This document shows, one piece after another, positions 1 to 12,999 of a stretch of DNA of 64,000 bases; within the stretch, counting starts at the first letter, position 1; each line of letters opens with the position of its first letter. Below the pieces are notes generated by a model that was not told the DNA's origin, searched no databases, and was given only the letters and a program-made list of their open reading frames with translations. Position numbers and translations under genes: made by a program. The stretch covers positions 29,016,001-29,080,000 of the forward strand of contig OZ024756.1 of the NCBI GenBank assembly GCA_964016885.1, read 5' to 3'. The stretch comes from Eledone cirrhosa. Taxonomy: Eukaryota.

Positions 1-334
1 GTGTGTTTTCATTGCTCAGCTAAGGTGACTCTGAGGAACAGACTGCTGGGGGCCAGAGGTGTGTTTTCACTGCTGAGCTCAGTCACGTTTCAGTTTCTAA
101 TTTTCATCCAGCAGTTATGACTTCAGTTTTTTTAACCTATCCCTGCGGTTCACCCACATGGCCAGTCAATCCTCGTTTTGTGAACTCTCAACTCTTTTCA
201 TTAAAAATAGGAAGGATATGTTTTATAATGATTCGTGGAAATTAAACTGACTCTGAAAGAAAAACAATAAACAGGATGGTCACAAACTGGAATGCATTTT
301 ATAATGTAATAGAAGAGATTCACTACAACAGACC

Positions 335-587
335 AGGAGCTAAACATCAACACCTCCACCATCATCAACATCAACACTACCACCATCAACTAGATCAACA
401 ACATCAACAGCACCACCAGCACCGCCTCCATCATCAACACCACCACCGCCTCCATCATCAACACCACCACCACCACCACTACCACCACCACTACCACCAC
501 CAAACACCACCACCACCACCACAACAACAACAACCACCACCACCCTACCACCACCCTACCACCACCCTACCACCACCCTACCACCAC
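335..587. repeat. (CAC/CAT/CAA)n trinucleotide low-complexity tract
   Basis: Runs of cac/cca/caa; explains the poly-His/Pro/Gly ORFs. Confidence 0.9.
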
Positions 588-1019
588 GAAATGTCAATAA
601 TCTTTGTTTTAAAAAACCAAACAAGTTAAAAGTTTAAAGAACAGTTCACTTACATGGAATATGTAAATATATGCATAAATGTTCAGAGGTCAGCCATAGC
701 CACACCTTTATTCCTGCATTCTGTCATTCTTTCATTCGTCCGTTCCTTTATTCTTTCATTACTTCATTCTTTCTATTTAAAGAATTGAAAATCTCAGCCC
801 GAGTTTAGAGCAACTCTTTATAGATACGTGCACTTCTGCACATTCTGTTGTTCCGAGTATATCCACACCCTTCATACCCTTTACTCTCCCTCTCTCTCTC
901 ACCCCCCTCTCTCCTTTTCCTCCTATTTCGCTCTCTCTGACCTTCTCTCCCTCTCAATCTATCTATTTATTTATCTATTTATTTATCTTTTTCAGACTCA
1001 CACTCACAAACATTGATGC

Positions 1020-1485
1020 AAACACATACACACACATGCATACATACATACATACATGCATATATACATACATACATACACATATATACACGCATATATA
1101 CATACATACATACTCATACATACATACATGTATACACACATACATATATACACACACACATACATACATACACACATATATGTACTCACATATATACATA
1201 CATACATACATGTATACACACACATACATACATACATACATACACGCATACACACATACATACATCTACTCACAAAAATACATACATACACACATACATT
1301 CATTTATACCTATACACACACATAATCATACATACATACATCTACACACACAAATACATATATACACACATACATACATTTATACATATACACATACATA
1401 TAATCATACATACATACATACATCTACACACACAAATACATACATACACACATACATACATACACACACACATACATATATGTAC
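1020..1485. repeat. (TACA)n/(CA)n compound microsatellite
   Basis: Directly visible. Confidence 0.95.
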
Positions 1486-1738
1486 ATTGCCGCTAACAAC
1501 CTAACAACAGTGATTCTTTCACTGAAGTCAATGTGCAAGCAGCCCTCACAATGCCAAAACCCCCTACATACTCACACACACCAAAAAATAAATAGTTTGT
1601 ATTGCATTTTTCTGTGAAGGGTGATAAGACCTTAACCTTTTTAAATGTGGGTTAAGGGTCACTTCATTAATGCCATTCGCACATACAACATCTTCCTTGG
1701 TGAAAAATGTGATGGCAGTCAATGGATTTTCATTTTTG

Positions 1739-2320
1739 AGACATTCTGAAAAGATGGTCTACTAAAAAGGGCTTTCATGACCTTTAATCAAGAATTTTGA
1801 GGGATTTTGAGGGATTTACTAAGATTATAAATTACTTCATTTCTAGGATTTTCAGTTTTTAGACATTCTGAAAAGATGGTCCACTAAAAAGGGTTTTCAT
1901 GACCTTTAATCAAGAATTTTGAGGGATTTTGAGGGATTTACTAAGATTATAAATTACTTCATTTCTAGGATTTTCAGTTTTTAGACATTCTGAAAAGATG
2001 GTCCACTAAAAAGGGTTTTCATGACCTTTAATCAAGAATTTTGAGGGATTTTGAGGGATTTACTAAGATTATAAATTACTTCATTTCTAGGATTTTCAGT
2101 TTTTAGACATTCTGAAAAGATGGTCCACTAAAAAGGGCTTTCATGACGCGAATTTTGAGGGATTTTGAGGGATTTACTAAGATTATAAATTACTTCATTT
2201 CTAGGATTTTCAGTTTTTAGACATTCGGAAAAGATGGTCCACTAAAAAGGGCTGCTTTAACCCTTTCATGACCTTTAATGAAGAATTTTGAGGGATTTAC
2301 AAAAATTATAAATTATTTCA
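1739..2320. repeat. 122-bp tandem repeat, ~4.8 copies
   Basis: agacattctgaaaagatggtccactaaaaaggg... starts at 1739, 1861, 1983, 2105, 2219. Confidence 0.95.
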
Positions 2321-2505
2321 TTACTAGTATATTAACTTAACTCTTTCATGACCATATTTCTAATGAAATACACTCTATTTTGATTAATTAATGAAGAAAT
2401 TTATAAAATATTCCCAATAATTATAAATCTCTTGAAACAAAACATGGATTCATAGAAAACAACACTTTTCTTGAATTATAACAGACTATTCCAGGAAGTA
2501 TGTAT

Positions 2506-2595
<90 letters not shown>

Positions 2596-3188
2596 GTGTG
2601 AGAGTATATACTTATATATAAATACTAGCCAAATTACCCGCCCCTTGCTGCGTTTCACACATTTCTTTTGTAAGAAAATGATGATTGATTTTAAATCAGT
2701 GATATAATTTATGGAGAAAAACTCTGTATTTCAATATTACTCAATGTAAAATATAATGCATGAAAAATTGGAAAACATTATTTTTTGTAATATATCAAAT
2801 CAAAATTACATTATTAAATCTTATTCTTATTTTGTTTCTTGTAAATAATTTTTTTCAAAATATAAATTCAAAACTTTTGTGAATAGGCAACCTATGGTTT
2901 AAATTTCATATAAATCGAAGGGAAACATTTTTCAGCGGGGGTTTGTGCCCCCGAGGAACCCTTTGATTAAAATGAAATATACTTATCCTGGTACTCTGAG
3001 CAATGTACTTTCAGTATATATATGGTTATGGGGGTCTATCTCCAAAACCATAGGAGGAGTTCGTGAACCAACAGACAGGAATACAACTTTATATATATAG
3101 AGAGATATTTCTTCCATGTACTGTACTGTTTGTTTTGTTATTTTTGTTATTACTTTTACACACACACACGTGTGTGTGTGTGTGTGCC

Positions 3189-3265
<77 letters not shown>

Positions 3266-3307
3266 ACTGTATATATATACATATAAGTGTTGAAGTTTCC
3301 GTTGAAA

Positions 3308-3587
3308 AAGTCAGAGGAATGAAGAGTGTTCTATGTAAATTACAGAGCTAAATATTTAATGTATAATAAACAATACAATATAATTACCTCATTACCAGAG
3401 GTTTCCCGAATAACACAGATACAAGAAAGGTTACCATTTTTTCATCAGACAAGGCAATTTAAAACCTTTCTTGTATCCGTCTTATTCGGGAAAAATCTGG
3501 TAATGAGGTAATTATATTGTATTGTTTATTATACGTTAAATATTTAGCTCTGTAACTTACATAGAATACTCTTCATTCCTCTGACTT
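3308..3587. mobile_element. Fold-back element with degenerate hammerhead on - strand (3384-3457)
   Basis: Arms aagtcagaggaatgaagag.../...ctcttcattcctctgactt; minus strand TTGCCTTGT-CTGATGA-...-GAAA-CCTCTGG-TA-ATGAGGTAA. Confidence 0.7.
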
Positions 3588-3652
3588 CCTCATCATATTG
3601 TATTGTTTATTATACATTAAATATATATATATACATATATATATATTATATA

Positions 3653-3732
3653 TTGGGTCGTCAAGTATGAAATTTGTAGAAATTTGTAAGCAAAAAAACA
3701 AATTTTTACAAATTTCATACTTGACGACCCAA
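3653..3732. mobile_element. Mariner-like 80-bp MITE
   Basis: TIRs ttgggtcgtcaagtatgaaatttgta / tacaaatttcatacttgacgacccaa flanked by TA. Confidence 0.65.
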
Positions 3733-4110
3733 TATATATATATACCATACATACACATACACGATGATATGGCATGTCGAAAGAGCTTCAGGTTGACCCA
3801 GATCTATATATGCTTTTTCCAGTGACATCAAGTAGATTGGGTAGATTGTGTAGAGATAAAGTTTTGAAAGTCCAACAGGTGGCAGGACAAGCTATGTCGC
3901 ATGCTGCGTGAAGCTTATATATTTTCCGCTTGAGTGATATGTGTTAACATATTTGTTAACATGCCAGTTGAACACAAAGCCACTTAATACACTAATGCAT
4001 TTACTACGTGGCAGATAGATGCATTGATTGTATAACACAACAGGGTTTGAGATATTCATTGTTATAACCACTGTACGATCTTAGGATCTATTAATTTTTT
4101 TTTTATTATA

Positions 4111-4172
<62 letters not shown>

Positions 4173-4202
4173 AGATCAAAAGATGGTTAAAAGAGTTCCA
4201 TG

Positions 4203-4273
4203 TATTTTATTATGCGCATTTCAAAAACAAATATCATCATGCAATAATATTTGTGTTTTCATCAGATAAAATA
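4203..4273 (-). ncRNA. Minimal type-I hammerhead ribozyme
   Basis: TATTTTAT-CTGATGA-[AAACACAAATAT..ATATTTGTTTTT]-GAAA-TGCGCA-TA-ATAAAATA; perfect stem I, palindromic stem III. Confidence 0.85.
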
Positions 4274-4328
4274 GGAAGACATGATATGAAGGTTAAAAAA
4301 CACTTGTGGATAGTGCAGTTTTAAATCA

Positions 4329-4376
<48 letters not shown>

Positions 4377-4473
4377 TGACACAGGAACGATGTACAAATT
4401 AGGCTGCTCAGCCGTTAATAAGCATAAGGAAAGTATATACTTTCAGACGTTCAACCATCTGGCAGGAAGGTAT

Positions 4474-4516
4474 ACGATGCTGACGATAGCTAATAAGCTT
4501 GAAACTAGTACATCGT
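4474..4516 (+). ncRNA. Minimal type-I hammerhead ribozyme (43 nt)
   Basis: ACGATG-CTGACGA-TAGCTaataAGCTT-GAAA-CTAG-TA-CATCGT; GUA cleavage triplet; inside fold-back 4375-4528. Confidence 0.85.
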
Positions 4517-4722
4517 TCCTGTGTCAGTGTTGAACAAAAAGGTGACGTGGTTGCCTAAACACTGTACGGCGTAATTCGGGCTGTTTGTTTGTTTACAAAC
4601 AAACAAACCAAGCATTATAATAAATATTCGGTAAACCGATACGTGCATATATATATATATGTGTGCATGTATGTATATATATACATACTACTGTACGTCT
4701 GTATACATATATGTATGTACGT

Positions 4723-4755
<33 letters not shown>

Positions 4756-4756
4756 C

Positions 4757-5108
4757 AATGATATTAAATAAATGGAAACTATATTTATAAAACCATATTA
4801 ATTTTATTATATATATTTCAAGGAAAACCAAGACAACATGGATAGTGAATTTCCAACCGATAAGGTATGATTTTCATGGGTATATCTCTATTTATAAAAC
4901 AACTTTGTATTTTATCTGATGAAAGTGTACCAATGTTGTCTTGGTTGCCCTTGAAATATATATATAATAAAATAAATATGGTTTTATAAATATAGTTTCC
5001 ATTTATTTAATATCATTGAATATTTACTCCAGTAACTTGTTGAGTGCTCTAAATCAGTTATAAACATTTATATTTGTCGGACTTCCAACAAACTAAATAC
5101 CACTTCTA

Positions 5109-5110
<2 letters not shown>
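4757..5110 (+). mobile_element. Hammerhead-bearing fold-back element, family A
   Basis: Inverted arms 4757-4835/4930-5017 plus tail with ttgagtgct; bounded by (TA)n on both sides. Confidence 0.8.
4908..4974 (+). ncRNA. Minimal type-I hammerhead ribozyme
   Basis: TATTTTAT-CTGATGA-AAG..ACCAA tgttgtc TTGGT..CTT-GAAA-TATATATA-TA-ATAAAATA. Confidence 0.85.
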
Positions 5111-5167
<57 letters not shown>

Positions 5168-5170
<3 letters not shown>

Positions 5171-5476
5171 CAAAGAGATATTTAATTTGTTGGTAATTCA
5201 ACAAATATATATATTTATAACTGATTCGAAGCACTCGACAAGTTTTCTGGATTATAATATCAATGATATTAATAAATGGAAACTATATTTATAAAACCAT
5301 ATTTATTCTATTATATATATTTCAAGGGTACCAAAACTTTGGTCAATATGTGAATATTTATAAAACAAACTTTGTATTTTATCTGATGAGAGCGTACCAA
5401 AGTTTTTGTACCCTTGAAATATATATAATAGAATAAATATGGTTTTATAAATATAGTTTCCATTTATTAATATCAT

Positions 5477-5478
<2 letters not shown>
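5168..5478 (-). mobile_element. Hammerhead-bearing fold-back element, family A
   Basis: Homologous to 4757-5110 in opposite orientation; within (TA)n. Confidence 0.8.
5375..5435 (+). ncRNA. Minimal type-I hammerhead ribozyme
   Basis: TATTTTAT-CTGATGA-GAGCGTAC..GTACCCTT-GAAA-TATATA-TA-ATAGAATA. Confidence 0.85.
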
Positions 5479-5530
<52 letters not shown>

Positions 5531-5537
<7 letters not shown>

Positions 5538-5868
5538 TAACAAATGGAAACTATATTTATAAAAACCATATTTATTTCATTATACATATTTCAAGGACAC
5601 CAAAGCAAATTATGGTGCGCTTTCATCAGATAAAATATAATATAGATCACTTTTATAAACAAATATTGACATACCCTTAAAGAATGCGACCATGTCGGTT
5701 GGAAGCTCGCTATTCTTGAAATATGTATAATGAAATAAATATGGTTTTATAAATATAGTTTCCATTTGTTAATATATTGTATTTTTATTCCAAAAATTTG
5801 TTGAGTGCTTTATATCAGTTATAAAAATATTTGCTTGTTGTATCCCAACAAATTAAATATAACTTCTA
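5531..5868 (+). mobile_element. Hammerhead-bearing fold-back element, family A
   Basis: Inverted arms (caaatggaaactatatttataaaa / ttttataaatatagtttccatttg) plus ttgagtgct tail. Confidence 0.8.
5573..5637 (-). ncRNA. Minimal type-I hammerhead ribozyme
   Basis: TATTTTAT-CTGATGA-AAGCGCACCA..TGGTGTCCTT-GAAA-TATGTA-TA-ATGAAATA; stem II covaries relative to the 5375 copy. Confidence 0.85.
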
Positions 5869-5924
5869 CATATATATATATATGTGTGTGTATATGTATA
5901 TATATATTGATGATGATATATGTA

Positions 5925-6198
5925 CACCCCACCGCCACACCCTACCCCATGCTCCCTCTCCCGTTCCGTCCACTGTGTCGATGACACAACAGTCCACACT
6001 GTAAGGTGGCCGCACAGGAGACACGGTGGAAAGGCTCCCGTCCACACTGTAAATGTAGTTGGTGTTAGGAAGGGCATCCAGCTGTAAAAAAAACCTGCCA
6101 GAGACGCTTCCATGCGAGCGAGACATGGTCTCCCGGCCATTACCACATCAAATGGAACAAAACTGTCTAACCCATGCTAGCGTGGAAGATGGACGTTA

Positions 6199-6230
<32 letters not shown>
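5925..6230 (+). mobile_element. SINE / RTE-associated retroposon with (GAT)n tail
   Basis: gttggtgttaggaagggcatccagc and 3' acccatgctagc..gacgttagatgatgatg; homologue at ~14905-15128, tail fragments at ~12665 and ~57038. Confidence 0.65.
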
Positions 6231-6231
<1 letters not shown>

Positions 6232-6412
6232 ATATATATATATATTGTAGAGAGTAGGGGCTCAATGGCTGAGCCCTTGAACTAGCTCTTGAAACAGCAA
6301 GAGCTCAGCCATAGGGTCCTGACTCTTTATAATATAACCATACTCTACTACCTCAAGTATAGAGTACTCTGTTGAGCAATGGTCTAACCAATTTCCAACT
6401 GATTCCATCCTG

Positions 6413-6644
<232 letters not shown>

Positions 6645-6647
<3 letters not shown>

Positions 6648-6868
6648 AAGGCGTGTGGCTGAGTGGTTAGAGAATTGGATTCGCAATCGTAAGGTTGTGA
6701 GTTCGATTCCTGGACCAGGCGATGCGTTATGTCCTTGAGCAAGACACTTTATTTCACGTTGCTCCTTCTACCTGGAGTTGCGACCGATAGATAGTATTAG
6801 CAACTGGAAAGACCGACGGAAACATTGTTTCCTCGGTCCGATTTGACGAAAGTCGATCGTTTAAGATG
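6645..6868 (+). mobile_element. tRNA-derived SINE (family 2)
   Basis: A box tggctgagtgg, B box gagttcgattcc, then gtccttgagcaagacactttatttcac; other copies ~10975-11128(-), 24390-24510, 35388-35500. Confidence 0.8.
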
Positions 6869-7243
6869 ATATATATATATACAAATGGAAGTACAGCATA
6901 ATCGAAGCTCTGGCTGCAGCTAAGCTAACGAATGCAATCGGAATGTGCAGCTAAGCACTCAATAAGGTATTTTACCTTAGAGTGATGACATTACGTTTAG
7001 ACAGCTTTGCAAATTGAAGACTGCGACCGGTAAGCCAGCCGCAGGGACCAAAGCAACGAGAAAACTGACTCAAGATAATTTGACAAACTTGGACCATCAC
7101 GTCGATATTATGCAATATCTCTGCTAGGTTCCTGTGAATCAGAAATCAATATATATATATATATCAAAGGTATATATTGAGTTAGGAACTCAAAATAGTC
7201 TCTTACAATAAAATAGCTCTAAGAAAGAGATATTTCCGAGCCG

Positions 7244-7526
7244 TATATTATAATTGAATATTAAAGAAAAACGAACACAGATATATAGATATATGTGTTC
7301 AAATCGTAAGAGACCGGATTCGCTAAGGTGAAAAGAATACTAACTAATACTAACTATAGACAATAGGGTTTGCCTATTTTCTTAATTTTGAGTCAGGCAA
7401 TTAATTCTTAAAATTGAGTCAGGCAAACCCAGTTTGTTAATATTCTTTTCACCTTAGCGAATCTGGTCCCTTGCGGTTTGAACACATATATGTATATATC
7501 TGTGTTCGTTTTTCTTTTTATATTCA

Positions 7527-7536
<10 letters not shown>
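7244..7536. mobile_element. Fold-back element with ~100-bp inverted arms
   Basis: tatattataattgaata..cgctaaggtgaaaagaata / tattcttttcaccttagcg..tattcaattataatata. Confidence 0.75.
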
Positions 7537-7569
<33 letters not shown>

Positions 7570-7573
<4 letters not shown>

Positions 7574-7720
7574 TTCTACAGGACTAAAACTGTTTCATTC
7601 AAAAGAAGTCATCCGTTCTAGTTTTGTAGAAGCCATTTCTATATTAAACTTGATGTTTACACTCTACTAATGTATTGAGTACCTTACTAACTGTGCTAAC
7701 CCTCAATTGAACTCAGGACT
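7570..7720 (+). mobile_element. Fold-back element family C (hammerhead-derived hairpin plus ttgagtacc tail)
   Basis: ggcttctacaggacta..tagttttgtagaagcc; copies 20870-21025, 23020-23127, 29705-29878(-), 56917-56975(-). Confidence 0.75.
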
Positions 7721-8356
7721 CACATGTGTTTACACTCTTTACAAATTATCTCCTGTCAATGTTTGATATCTTATATATATATATTTTAATAGAATAATCG
7801 AGTATCGGAAAATCAGCTCATGAATTTACGATAAACAAATCCGACATGAGTGGCAGAGGGCTCAATAATTCAGATAAATCAGAGCTATAACTATCGTTAA
7901 AATACCAACACACAAAGATTATGCCTAAAATCACCCATGCAGCCGAAAAATAACGACCAGGAAGATTCGGGTCACTCAGATAAAATATCAATAAATCAAT
8001 AATTTATATGAATGTAAAAACTTACCCGGACCCACTAGAAAGATGGTAAATCTAGCTTATGTTAATCCTTTTATAAATATATATGTCAGACCTTTAATTT
8101 AAATTTTAATAAATGCTCAGATTTATTCTTTGGAATCTTTGAGCTTCTACAGCAGGTGGTATGACACATGTTTCTAATCTTCTTAGATATGACATCTTTA
8201 ATTTTGTTAGTATATATATAGTAAGTATATATATATATATATAGTAAGTTAGATCGCAGATATAAAATACAGCGAGAAGCGAAAACCAACCAAACAGTGA
8301 GTGTGTTCTGTTATTAATTCTGGCAATATTACGCAAATATGACCCTCCCCAAGTAT

Positions 8357-8431
<75 letters not shown>

Positions 8432-8580
8432 TTTTATTAAGGCTAAATAGTGAGTCTTGTTACTCCGGAGTTTCTCTTGTTTATCTCAGGGTTTGATTAT
8501 ATTAAACCTCTACTTCAGTATTGAGTACTCTTTTCTCTCAGCTGCCAACCACATATATAAATATATATATATATATATAT

Positions 8581-8774
8581 AGGAAAAAGTATGACCCCGA
8601 CGGCAGAGCTCAAGCCGTTTCGACGGCTATTTCTGGCGTCCAGAAATAGCCATCGAAACGGCTTGAGCTCTGCCGTCGGGGTCATACTTTTTCCTATTAC
8701 CGACTCTACTACCCTAAGTATTGAGTACTCTGGTGCGTTATGGTCCATCTGGTTCCTTACCACGTTTCCTACGT

Positions 8775-8775
<1 letters not shown>
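8581..8775 (+). mobile_element. Fold-back element family B (hammerhead 3' half)
   Basis: Palindrome containing GAAA-CGGC..GCCG-TC-GGGGTC, then ttgagtact..ggttccttaccac tail; in (TA)n. Confidence 0.85.
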
Positions 8776-8807
<32 letters not shown>

Positions 8808-8849
8808 GTGAGGTTTTTTTTTACAAAATATATATATATATATAGGAAC

Positions 8850-9442
<593 letters not shown>

Positions 9443-9751
9443 ACAGCTAAGCAATCGAGGAGAAGAGTGACATTTGCACCATGAGAAACAGATGCAACCA
9501 TGGTAACAGGACTGACAGGTTCTATACTGCGCAGTGGTGCATAAAGAGAAACACCACAACTTTCAGGGTAGAAACATCATGTCTCTTTTGTTATAACTTG
9601 CTTTTAACTTACACCTAATTATATATGCAGACCCCGCCCCTCTCTCTCTTTCTCTTTCTCTCTCTCACACTCTATCTCCCTTTCACTTTCTCACTCTCTA
9701 TTTATCTCTCTCTCACTATCCATCCATCTATCTACCTACATACATACCCAC

Positions 9752-9811
<60 letters not shown>

Positions 9812-9814
<3 letters not shown>

Positions 9815-10015
9815 AACCAGTAAGACCCCGACAGCTGAGCTCAAGCCGTTTCGACGGCTAATTCAAGACTAAAATTAGTCTTGAATTAGCCGTCGAAACG
9901 GCTTGAGCTCAGCTGTCGGGGTCTTACTGGTTCCTATTACCCACTCTACTACCTCAAGTATTGAGTACTTTGGTGCGTTATGGTCCACCTGGTTCCTTAC
10001 CACTTTTCCTTCGTT
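9812..10015 (+). mobile_element. Fold-back element family B
   Basis: Perfect ~120-bp palindrome plus conserved tail, (TA)n on both sides. Confidence 0.85.
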
Positions 10016-10247
10016 ATATATATATATATATATATATATATGATAATAAGGGCGCTGCGGAGTTGCAAATGGGTTACATATGAAAAAAGTTTGTCCTTCA
10101 TCAGTGATCTTCCAAACATCATAGGCATTTCATCGCTTTAAAGACCATATACCTCCGGTTGGTGCGAGCAACGGCTAAAAAAAGTCGTTATATATATATA
10201 TAAATATATATATATATGGGTGTGTGTGTGTATATGTATATATATGG

Positions 10248-10329
<82 letters not shown>

Positions 10330-10330
<1 letters not shown>

Positions 10331-10621
10331 AGCAGAAGGGATATTTAATTTGTTGGAAATTCAACAAATATAAATGTTTATAACTGATTCAGAGCCCTCG
10401 ACAGCTTTCTGGAGTAAATATTCAATGATATTAAATAAATGGAAACTATATTCATAAAAAACCATATTTATTCTATTATATATTCTATTGGAAAATTCAA
10501 CTGATAACACATTTTGTATTTTATCTGATGAAAGCGTACCAAAGTTTTTGGTACCTTGAAATATATATAATAGAATAAAATTGGTTTTATATATATAGCT
10601 TCCATTTATTTAATATCATTG
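10330..10621 (-). mobile_element. Hammerhead-bearing fold-back element, family A
   Basis: Homologous to 5168-5478. Confidence 0.8.
10517..10577 (+). ncRNA. Minimal type-I hammerhead ribozyme
   Basis: TATTTTAT-CTGATGA-AAGCGTACCAAA..TTTGGTACCTT-GAAA-TATATA-TA-ATAGAATA. Confidence 0.85.
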
Positions 10622-10712
10622 TATATATATATGTGTGTGTGTACACACACACTTATATATAGTGAATAATAAGTATGCGTAATGGGTTTTTACGTCTTAT
10701 TCTGAAATTATC

Positions 10713-10781
10713 CATTACAAATGTTTCAACAAGTTTAGTGACTGTGTTTGTTCAATAGCATCAATCTGGTCTCTTCAGATG
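10713..10781 (-). ncRNA. Degenerate hammerhead-like motif
   Basis: CAT-CTGAAGA-...-GAAA-CATTTG-TA-ATG; stems weak. Confidence 0.4.
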
Positions 10782-10895
10782 TTTTTCTGAACATTGTTTT
10801 ATCCACCCTGGAGAATCAGGGGCTGGGGTGGTGGAGAAATAAGGGAACTAATGAAATTCAATCTTCTCTCTCTCAATAAGTCGTTGTAAACAGCC

Positions 10896-10974
<79 letters not shown>

Positions 10975-11127
10975 CAGTCGATCGACTTTCATGAAATCGG
11001 ACGTTTTCATTGGTCTTTCCAATTGCTAATACTATCCATCGGCTGCAAATCCAGGTGAAATAAAGTGTCTTGCTCAAGGACATAATGCATCAGGAATCGA
11101 ACTCACAACCTCACGATTGTAAATCCA

Positions 11128-11190
<63 letters not shown>

Positions 11191-11423
11191 GTATATATAT
11201 ATTTATATATATATATATACATATATATATGAAAATGTGGGCACTATTACATTTGATGTAATTAATTAATTAACTAACTAACTAATTAAAACATTCCAGC
11301 CTTGGTAATGAGAACAATTATTTTTCAAATAATTACTTGAAAGACAAATCATGTGGAGATAACCCTAAAATTTCAATTAATTCAAAGTGATTAAATATGA
11401 GCTGTTGTAAGGAATGAGTGTGA

Positions 11424-11518
<95 letters not shown>

Positions 11519-11676
11519 TGTGCTAGCCTGTTAGACCTTTACTCACCAGAGTACTTGATACTTAGGGTAGTAGAGTGTGGTAATATGAAGGATTCAGTGT
11601 TCAGAAATAGCTGTGAAAATGGCAGGAGCTCACCGGTCGGGGTCCCGAATCCTTCATATATATATATATATATATA

Positions 11677-12323
11677 AATGAAGAATGGCGTGCTACGTTG
11701 TTGCGAATATGAATATATGAATAAAAATAGACAAGGGTTAAATGTCCTCTTCAGTATTCTGCTGATTTATCGTTGGTATTTCGACGCATTGAAGACTAGA
11801 TACCTAAATTCAGTGCGAGCGATAACTCAATTAAGTTATCGGGACAGTGAGAAAACAGAGGGAAGGAAACAAACACATGGTGGTATGCAACAGAAAGAGA
11901 GGAAAATAGAGACAAGTCAATGAATCATGTGGGCATAAGCCCGACATATCAAATTGACGAGGAGAAATAGACACGTCCGAGCCGCGACAAGAATGAGAGA
12001 GAGGAAAGAAATTCAAGCAGGTCAGACGGGGGGAAGTGAGAGGGGGGAGAAGCAGAGAGGGAGTGAGTGAAAGTGGGAGGAAGGACCAGCCGAGAGTGAG
12101 TGACCAGCAGCGGGAGTTGAGGAAGGCAAGAGGTGAAGGAGAGAGAAAGGGTGATAGCAGTAAAGTGACAGAAAATATACGAACCACAGCGAAGGGAAAA
12201 ATTATGTGAATGAAGAATGGCGTGCTGCGTTGTTGCGAACATGAATATATGAATAAAAATAGACAAGGGTTAAAATGTCCTCTTCAGTAGTCTGCTGATT
12301 TATCGTTGGTATTTCGACGCATT
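11677..12323. mobile_element. ~650-bp element with ~114-bp terminal direct repeats, in (TA)n
   Basis: aatgaagaatggcgtgct..tttcgacgcatt at 11677-11790 and 12209-12323. Confidence 0.7.
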
Positions 12324-12906
12324 AATATATATATATATTGTTATACTTTGAGAGGGTCAAGCTGCCAATAAAAACACATGTACCTGTTGGTTTTCACTTC
12401 AATTTATTATAAGTTTCCAGTTGGTTGGTTGGTTGGTTGATTGGTTGGTTCGATAACCCGAAGGTTGTTTATATAGTGTCAAATCTCTTTCGTAACACAT
12501 TCTGGGACCTCCTCAGTGATTAGGTTTTTATTATAAACACATGACAACCTCTCCTTGTACTCGGGAGAATGTGAAACCATACATAAGGGAGATGAATATC
12601 CCTGGTCAGTCCAGGAGATCAGCAGCCTCACTTCAATACTGACTTGGTCTATGTAGACCTGTCCAACCCATGCTAACATGTTGACGATGACAATGACAAT
12701 CATGATGATGATGGTGATGATGACAGTAATGATGGTGGTGATGATGATGATGGTGAGGACAATGACACCATCAAAGTAATTATAACAATTTCATAAAATT
12801 GTCAGAATCTAAAACACAGAAATAGCTGTAAAACAGCCTTTGCTATGATGGTCATAGCAAAGAGTCGGGTTAAACATAACTTCTTATGAACAGAACAACG
12901 GTCAGT

Positions 12907-12972
<66 letters not shown>

Positions 12973-12999
12973 AGAGAGGGAGAGAGAGAGAGTATATAG

